In this document: one piece after another, positions 59,121-64,000 of the stretch | Layout: each line of letters opens with the position of its first letter | How positions within the stretch are numbered: position 1 is the first letter of the stretch | Assembly (NCBI GenBank): GCA_024790105.1 | Contig: GCA_024790105.1_3053.1 | Direction: 5' to 3' (one strand) | Length of the DNA: 64,000 bases | DNA from: a phage | Made by a program: the position numbers and the translations under genes | Notes under the pieces: model-generated | Told to the model about the DNA's origin: nothing | What the model saw: only the letters and a program-made list of their open reading frames with translations | The model's database searches: none

Positions 59121-59606
59121 TTATTCCATTTCTATTATATGCATGTTCTTTTTGCTATCAAAATATATGTTTTTAACTGTTAACTCCGAATTAATTGGCA
59201 ATAAAAACTCTCTTTCATAATCTACCATACAAAGGTTATCATAAAGCTTGTTAAGCTTATCATCATCAGTTTGGCCAGATTCTTCAATTGCGATTAAATT
59301 TTCTAAAATGTCAATCATAGCAGTTGAATAGTCAAAAACGTTTGCATTTTTTAACACTACTAAAACATTAGTCATATAGCGTTCTGCAGCAAACGTTTCA
59401 GCTATATGAGACTCACTGCTAAAGGAAGTTATTCTTTTAAATTTGATTCTCCTATTAACTTCAAACTTATGAGATAGTACTTCCTCTATTGTAAGTCCTC
59501 TAAAAAGCACGTCTTTAATCTCAAGTTTGTCTTTAATGTAATCATTAACACGCTTATGATTAAAATCATTAATTTTGTTGCCAAGGCATTTCATTAAAAT
59601 ATGCAT
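59121..59606 (-). CDS. hypothetical protein (161 aa)
   Basis: ATG 59606 with AAGAGAAACACA SD. Confidence 0.6.
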   Translation of the reverse strand: MHILMKCLGNKINDFNHKRVNDYIKDKLEIKDVLFRGLTIEEVLSHKFEVNRRIKFKRITSFSSESHIAETFAAERYMTNVLVVLKNANVFDYSTAMIDILENLIAIEESGQTDDDKLNKLYDNLCMVDYEREFLLPINSELTVKNIYFDSKKNMHIIEME

Positions 59607-59649
59607 TGTGTTTCTCTTCAATTTTTAAAGAACAATTAATTAACTACAA

Positions 59650-59683
59650 ATATATTATAATATGCTTTATGATAGAAGTAAAC
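59650..59683 (-). promoter_or_regulatory. early promoter
   Basis: GTTTAC 59683-59678, -10 TATTATAATAT. Confidence 0.5.
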
Positions 59684-59700
59684 AACTTTGTGAAAAATTT

Positions 59701-59731
59701 TTGAAATAAAAAAGGGAGCCCGAAGGCTCCC
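59701..59731 (-). terminator. rho-independent terminator
   Basis: GGGAGCC-cgaa-GGCTCCC hairpin plus U-run on minus strand. Confidence 0.6.
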
Positions 59732-59733
59732 TA

Positions 59734-60612
59734 TCATTTATAATAACTTCGGTGGTTTTCAAGATAGACCTTCTCAAGGAAGTCATCCCAGAAACTCATG
59801 TCTACTTTTTGCTGCATACCGTTCTTAGAAGCTTCAGTAGATGCTGCTTCTACTTGATCGACCACATCTTCCAAAAACTCTTGAACTGTTTTAAATGGAT
59901 GTTTACCCAACTTCACGTCGAGAATAAATGGAGCGTCTTGAAGTGGATAAACCAAGTCACCAGTTTTGTAAATTTCCAATAGTTGAAGTCCACCACGACA
60001 AGCATGGCTCAGAGCTTTCCAGTCGATGCCTTCATTGGCTTCGGCCTTACGAGCGCGTTCACCATATTCAGCATTTAATTTGTTCAGTGACTGCTTAAGC
60101 TCAATAAGAGAAAGCGTTGTCTGATATTTACGACCCAACACAGTGTAGAACGTTTGTGGGCCTGTTTTCTCATGATTATGGAACACCCATTCACAGAATT
60201 CGTTTTCTGGAAGACGATGCTTAATATCTTCAACTTTAGTGCGACGCTGCTTAATGGAACCGTCTTCTTGGTAATCAACCCATTGCTCGGGGATTTGATT
60301 AACTACTTTCAATACATCACGTAATGCAGCCAAACGAGAACCCTTGACACCGTATTTAGAAGCTTGCTTGCGGACATATCCTAAATATGATTTCATGTTA
60401 GTCGTATAAAAACGAGAACGGTTGTCTTGAATAAACTTCCACACATCAGGCAAATCAGATTTAACCACTAGTTCAGGTGGAGTGTGAAGCATATCCAATG
60501 CTGCAGTTTCACCATCTGCTGCTAATTTAAAGAAATACTTAAGACTATACAATTCGTGGTCAATATCATCTTTAGTGTTTTTAGATGATGTGTTGTTAGT
60601 GTTTTTACTCAT
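59734..60612 (-). CDS. hypothetical protein (292 aa)
   Basis: ATG 60612. Confidence 0.7.
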   Translation of the reverse strand: MSKNTNNTSSKNTKDDIDHELYSLKYFFKLAADGETAALDMLHTPPELVVKSDLPDVWKFIQDNRSRFYTTNMKSYLGYVRKQASKYGVKGSRLAALRDVLKVVNQIPEQWVDYQEDGSIKQRRTKVEDIKHRLPENEFCEWVFHNHEKTGPQTFYTVLGRKYQTTLSLIELKQSLNKLNAEYGERARKAEANEGIDWKALSHACRGGLQLLEIYKTGDLVYPLQDAPFILDVKLGKHPFKTVQEFLEDVVDQVEAASTEASKNGMQQKVDMSFWDDFLEKVYLENHRSYYK

Positions 60613-60727
60613 GTGCTCTTTGACGTTTCCGATAAGAATATCGCGAGCAGGAGGAACAAAAATTTCTTTAAAATCTACATCAGATTCTGGGGTAGAAGTT
60701 CCATAAAGATGACTACCAAAATAAGAC

Positions 60728-60916
60728 TTAACTACTCCACCTAATCATTTCAAGATATTGAACTAACTTAGCTTTAGATTTATCCAAATCCTTTTTAGCT
60801 GCTTCTATACCGTCGTATGAATATCCTTCACAATGCTCAACTGCTAATTGATATGAATCTATTTCAATATCACGTGCTAATTTAATGATTTTTTCAAACT
60901 GTTCGCATGTTAGCAT
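60728..60916 (-). CDS. hypothetical protein (62 aa)
   Basis: ATG 60916 with GAGAG SD. Confidence 0.55.
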   Translation of the reverse strand: MLTCEQFEKIIKLARDIEIDSYQLAVEHCEGYSYDGIEAAKKDLDKSKAKLVQYLEMIRWSS

Positions 60917-60918
60917 AC

Positions 60919-61101
60919 TTAAACTCTCGTATTATGATCGATAATTTCATCAAGAAACATATCTAACGCTTCTAAAGCATTATCAACTTTAGCTTCAAAT
61001 TCTTCAATACCTGATAAGGCAAAGTTAATGCGCTCCTCATCTGCTTTACGAATTAAAGCTACCAATTCCTTAATTTTATCAGCTTGTTCGATACTAATCA
61101 T
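60919..61101 (-). CDS. hypothetical protein (60 aa)
   Basis: ATG 61101 with GGTGGA SD; ORF-track start is GTG. Confidence 0.5.
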   Translation of the reverse strand: MISIEQADKIKELVALIRKADEERINFALSGIEEFEAKVDNALEALDMFLDEIIDHNTRV

Positions 61102-61289
61102 TATTCCACCACATATGAAAGAGAGAATATTGCACACGCCATGTGAGTTGCAACTTCATCACACATATTATAACGTTTCTTAAGAAGTTCTACAAGTTCT
61201 TCACTAGTAACTTCATCCATGTCGACGAAAAAATCACCATTAATGATGACGTAGATATTTCCTTCTTGATTGAGTGCTTCAATTTTCAT
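61101..61289 (-). CDS. hypothetical protein (62 aa)
   Basis: ATG 61289 with AAGAGGAG SD directly after promoter cassette. Confidence 0.55.
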
Positions 61290-61310
61290 GATGTTCTCCT
61301 CTTTATCCGA

Positions 61311-61347
61311 TAGTTGTATAGTACCACAGCTCAAACGGAAAGTAAAC
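61311..61347 (-). promoter_or_regulatory. early promoter cassette
   Basis: GTTTAC 61347-61342, TGGTACTATACAACTATC. Confidence 0.6.
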
Positions 61348-61353
61348 CGGTAA

Positions 61354-61380
61354 AATGAAAAAAGTCTCCCGAAGGAGACT
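61354..61380 (-). terminator. rho-independent terminator
   Basis: AGTCTCC-cgaa-GGAGACT hairpin plus U-run on minus strand. Confidence 0.6.
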
Positions 61381-61384
61381 AATG

Positions 61385-61771
61385 TTATTCGAGGGAAAGA
61401 AGATACTTACTCTGGTAAAACATTCCAGTAATATCATCTATCGTGCTTTGAATGGCTGGAGGCATTTCTTTATAAATGCTGTTAGATTGGTCTAGTATGT
61501 GATCAATCATTTTAATTGTGTCGGTAGGAAGTTTACTGGCATCTGGAATTGAAGGTGTGTATTTTCTACCAGAATACCCCAAATATTGCTCACCAAATTT
61601 ATCAATCAAATCTGGCAACTCGGAGAAAATAAAATCGTATGCTTTGTGTCTAGCATAACTTTTAGTTTCAAAATGTGCAGAATGAAAATAAGCTTGTGCA
61701 GCCATTAATAAACCTAAGTATTCATCTGCCTTTGAAGGTTTTCCACTTTGTGAAAAGTCGCTGAATTTCAT
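61385..61771 (-). CDS. hypothetical protein (128 aa)
   Basis: ATG 61771 with GGAGACTGA SD. Confidence 0.65.
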
Positions 61772-62061
61772 TCAGTCTCCAATTTAATGTTCATAATTCT
61801 AGCGTATGATTGTGCCATCTCCGCGCCTCGTTCTATACATTCAAAATCAGAAGAGCACGGGTCATTTTTATAGGTCGTTCTCATAAAACTATAGAATTGT
61901 TCAGACGATTCTACGCTTTTATTTTCAAAAAGCATATAAACGTGCCTAATACCAGATTCCATAAATTTATCAAAATGAGGATCGACATTCGCTTCAATTG
62001 ATGGAGATAAAACAAATGACAATCCTAGCATGGCAAATAGTGCCGTTGCTTTTAAGGCCAT
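61768..62061 (-). CDS. rI: lysis-inhibition protein RI-like (97 aa, signal-anchor)
   Basis: ATG 62061 with GGAGG SD; N-terminal hydrophobic segment; length and position upstream of tk. Confidence 0.7.
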   Translation of the reverse strand: MALKATALFAMLGLSFVLSPSIEANVDPHFDKFMESGIRHVYMLFENKSVESSEQFYSFMRTTYKNDPCSSDFECIERGAEMAQSYARIMNIKLETE

Positions 62062-62073
62062 AAAGGCCTCCTA

Positions 62074-62286
62074 TCATTTTTGTCCTGTATTTACTTTATG
62101 CCGATGCACGGCCTTAACTTTATCAAGGTATTTTTCAAAATTTCGCAATCTAGTATAGTCTGCCGGAGATTGGTTGAGTGATACTTCTCGACGCAAAGCT
62201 GAAATGATATTTCCAACTTCCCTACGAATTTCATCTAATTGAAGCACAGTAAGATTGCGAAGTTGCTTTTCAGTTAATTGTAGCAT
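62074..62286 (-). CDS. hypothetical protein (70 aa)
   Basis: ATG 62286 with AAAGGGG SD. Confidence 0.6.
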
Positions 62287-62328
62287 ATATACCCCTTTAG
62301 TTAGATAAACCTATTTATAACTTTTGCA

Positions 62329-62910
62329 CTAACCGAGCTTTTTAGTTAATTCATTCCAATGTTTTCTGCACAAAGAAACATAAATTTCATCACCAATACA
62401 GATTTGATTACCTTCTTTAACTGGTGTTCCATCTTCCATTAATCGAGCTGTCATAATCGCTTTTTTGCCGCAATGACAGACTGCTTTCAGTTCAATAAGT
62501 TTATCTGCAATCGCTAAAAGTTCTTTAGAACCTTCAAACAATTTTCCAGCGAAATCAGTCCTTAATCCATAAGCCATAACAGGAACATTATATGTATCAA
62601 CAATTCGGCTCAATTGATGTACTTGTTCAGTTTTTAAAAACTGAGCTTCATCTACAAATACGCAATGAATATCTTTTTGTGCTTCAGCCCATTTATAGAA
62701 TTCGAAAATGTCCATATCATCTGTAATAATATTCGCTTCCTGCTTAATTCCAATGCGAGAAACGACTTCACAGACAGAATCGCGAGTATCAATAGCAGGC
62801 TTAAGAACTAATACACTCATTCCACGTTCTTTATAATTATGTGCAGCAGTCAAAAGAGAAGCAGATTTTCCAGCATTCATTGCTGCATAAGTAAAAATTA
62901 AACTCGCCAT
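62329..62910 (-). CDS. tk: thymidine kinase
   Basis: 193 aa; P-loop AMNAGKS and zinc CHCGK...C motif; ATG 62910. Confidence 0.9.
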   Translation of the reverse strand: MASLIFTYAAMNAGKSASLLTAAHNYKERGMSVLVLKPAIDTRDSVCEVVSRIGIKQEANIITDDMDIFEFYKWAEAQKDIHCVFVDEAQFLKTEQVHQLSRIVDTYNVPVMAYGLRTDFAGKLFEGSKELLAIADKLIELKAVCHCGKKAIMTARLMEDGTPVKEGNQICIGDEIYVSLCRKHWNELTKKLG

Positions 62911-62919
62911 ATCACCTTC

Positions 62920-63105
62920 TTAAAGCGTATTCACATAAGCTATTAATTCGTTTTCTTTCTTATCAAACCGATCAGCAAATTCTTCCTGCTGTTCGGGAGA
63001 TAGCGGGCCATATTCATCATAAAAGGTGTTTGCTTCTGTATGCTCATCTAGAAGTTCATGGATAAGCTCAAACAATTTATCTTTTTGTTCTTTACTTAGA
63101 CTCAT
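62920..63105 (-). CDS. hypothetical acidic protein (61 aa)
   Basis: ATG 63105. Confidence 0.55.
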   Translation of the reverse strand: MSLSKEQKDKLFELIHELLDEHTEANTFYDEYGPLSPEQQEEFADRFDKKENELIAYVNTL

Positions 63106-63275
63106 ATATTAATTTCCAGGAGTTTTAAAATAATTCGCTTTTGCTTAAATATTTCCATAGTTAAATGACCAGTATCTTTTTGACCGATTCCAATGGCAAA
63201 ACCTTTATTAACAGCGAGTTCAATTAAATTATCAAGCTCACGTAACACTTCGTATTGTAACTCAAAACTATTCAT
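63102..63275 (-). CDS. small ORF (57 aa)
   Basis: ATG 63275 with AAGAAGGTAAA SD; ATGA overlap with downstream gene. Confidence 0.45.
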   Translation of the reverse strand: MNSFELQYEVLRELDNLIELAVNKGFAIGIGQKDTGHLTMEIFKQKRIILKLLEINI

Positions 63276-63484
63276 TTTGGTTTACCTTCTTTAACGAAAT
63301 CAGGATAAGGATAAAATCCTGAATAAAATCCTTCACCTTTATGATTGATGCATCCTTTATTAGAACAATAGCACCAATAATCGAAATCACAAGCCATTTC
63401 ATCGTTGCATAAAGCAAAAACAACAGGCCACTTACACTTTTCACAGTGGGCATTTTTAAGAATACTAGTTTGGCTCATAACCAT
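63272..63484 (-). CDS. Cys-rich small protein (70 aa)
   Basis: ATG 63484 with AAAGG SD; multiple CxxC-like pairs. Confidence 0.5.
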   Translation of the reverse strand: MVMSQTSILKNAHCEKCKWPVVFALCNDEMACDFDYWCYCSNKGCINHKGEGFYSGFYPYPDFVKEGKPK

Positions 63485-63687
63485 GTAACCTTTAAGCAAT
63501 ATTCTTCTACATGTTGTTTACGACCTTTCTTATCAATAAAGGTATATTCAACGAATGTTCCAATGTAGTCTTTATCTACATCATGTGGACTATTAATTGG
63601 ACATTTAGTACGGCAAATGCGTTCCCATTGACGAATAATTTCCACTTTGTTTTTAGGATCAAACGGATGTGGGTAATGTACTTTCAT
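63475..63687 (-). CDS. hypothetical protein (70 aa)
   Basis: ATG 63687 with GGTGGATT SD. Confidence 0.6.
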   Translation of the reverse strand: MKVHYPHPFDPKNKVEIIRQWERICRTKCPINSPHDVDKDYIGTFVEYTFIDKKGRKQHVEEYCLKVTWL

Positions 63688-63949
63688 AATCCACCACTAT
63701 TAAATCAATATCAGGAGTAAACATGTCGATTAATTTAGAAACCTTATCCCAATCACCGCCAGCAATACCACAACCTATGCGTGGAATATAAATTACTGGT
63801 TTAAACAAAAGGGTTTCTGCCTGTAGATTTAATTCTATCATGCAGTTTACTAAAGCACCATAATCAAGATTAGGACCTGGTTCGTATTGCGTATACAAGT
63901 TATAACATATGCCAAAACCATTAGGTTTATGTTTAAAAACAATAGACAT
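63659..63949 (-). CDS. hypothetical protein (96 aa; frame stays open to window end, so may extend upstream)
   Basis: ATG 63949 with GGTGAT SD; no in-frame stop between 63950 and 64000. Confidence 0.5.
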   Translation of the reverse strand: MSIVFKHKPNGFGICYNLYTQYEPGPNLDYGALVNCMIELNLQAETLLFKPVIYIPRIGCGIAGGDWDKVSKLIDMFTPDIDLIVVDYESTLPTSV

Positions 63950-64000
63950 ATCACCGAGTTTTTCACGCGAACCATATTCAGTTGTGGTCTTATCTATTTC

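Noticed and set aside
63268-63453. 61-aa ORF in an alternative frame to the Cys-rich gene at 63272-63484
   Set aside because: Mutually exclusive with an overlapping ORF that has an SD-supported ATG; the hydrophobic translation looks like a frame artefact.

Overview
This window is the early/middle-gene region of a T4-type (Tevenvirinae) myovirus, running from motA (partial, at the window start) through gene 52, ndd, denB, rIIB, rIIA, gene 60, mobA, gene 39, dexA, dda, modA, modB, soc, gene 56, dam, genes 61, 41, 40, uvsX, segA, gene 42, imm, genes 43, regA, 62, 44, 45, rpbA, 46, 47, a-gt, gene 55, nrdG, nrdD, gene 49, pin and nrdC to rI and tk. Almost every gene is on the minus strand, densely packed with ATGA/TAATG start-stop overlaps; only two genes are on the plus strand. 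The ORF track uses GTG/TTG as starts, so many starts were moved to the first in-frame ATG (or an SD-supported GTG). Gene identities come from my own reading of the translations plus length and gene order; no database search was run. Highlights: the gene 60 50-nt translational bypass with mobA splitting the topoisomerase large subunit; a group I intron in nrdD carrying a GIY-YIG endonuclease ORF; at least five further free-standing homing-endonuclease genes; a GT-A-type glycosyltransferase where T4 has beta-gt; a PD-(D/E)xK-like ORF coupled to dam; a zinc-ribbon segment in the -1 frame with no start codon after a 275-aa ORF (candidate frameshift fusion); a plus-strand MotA-box promoter antisense to modA; and two intergenic repeat families (early-promoter/leader cassettes and C(UUCG)G hairpin terminators). 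No rRNA, tRNA or CRISPR array was seen.
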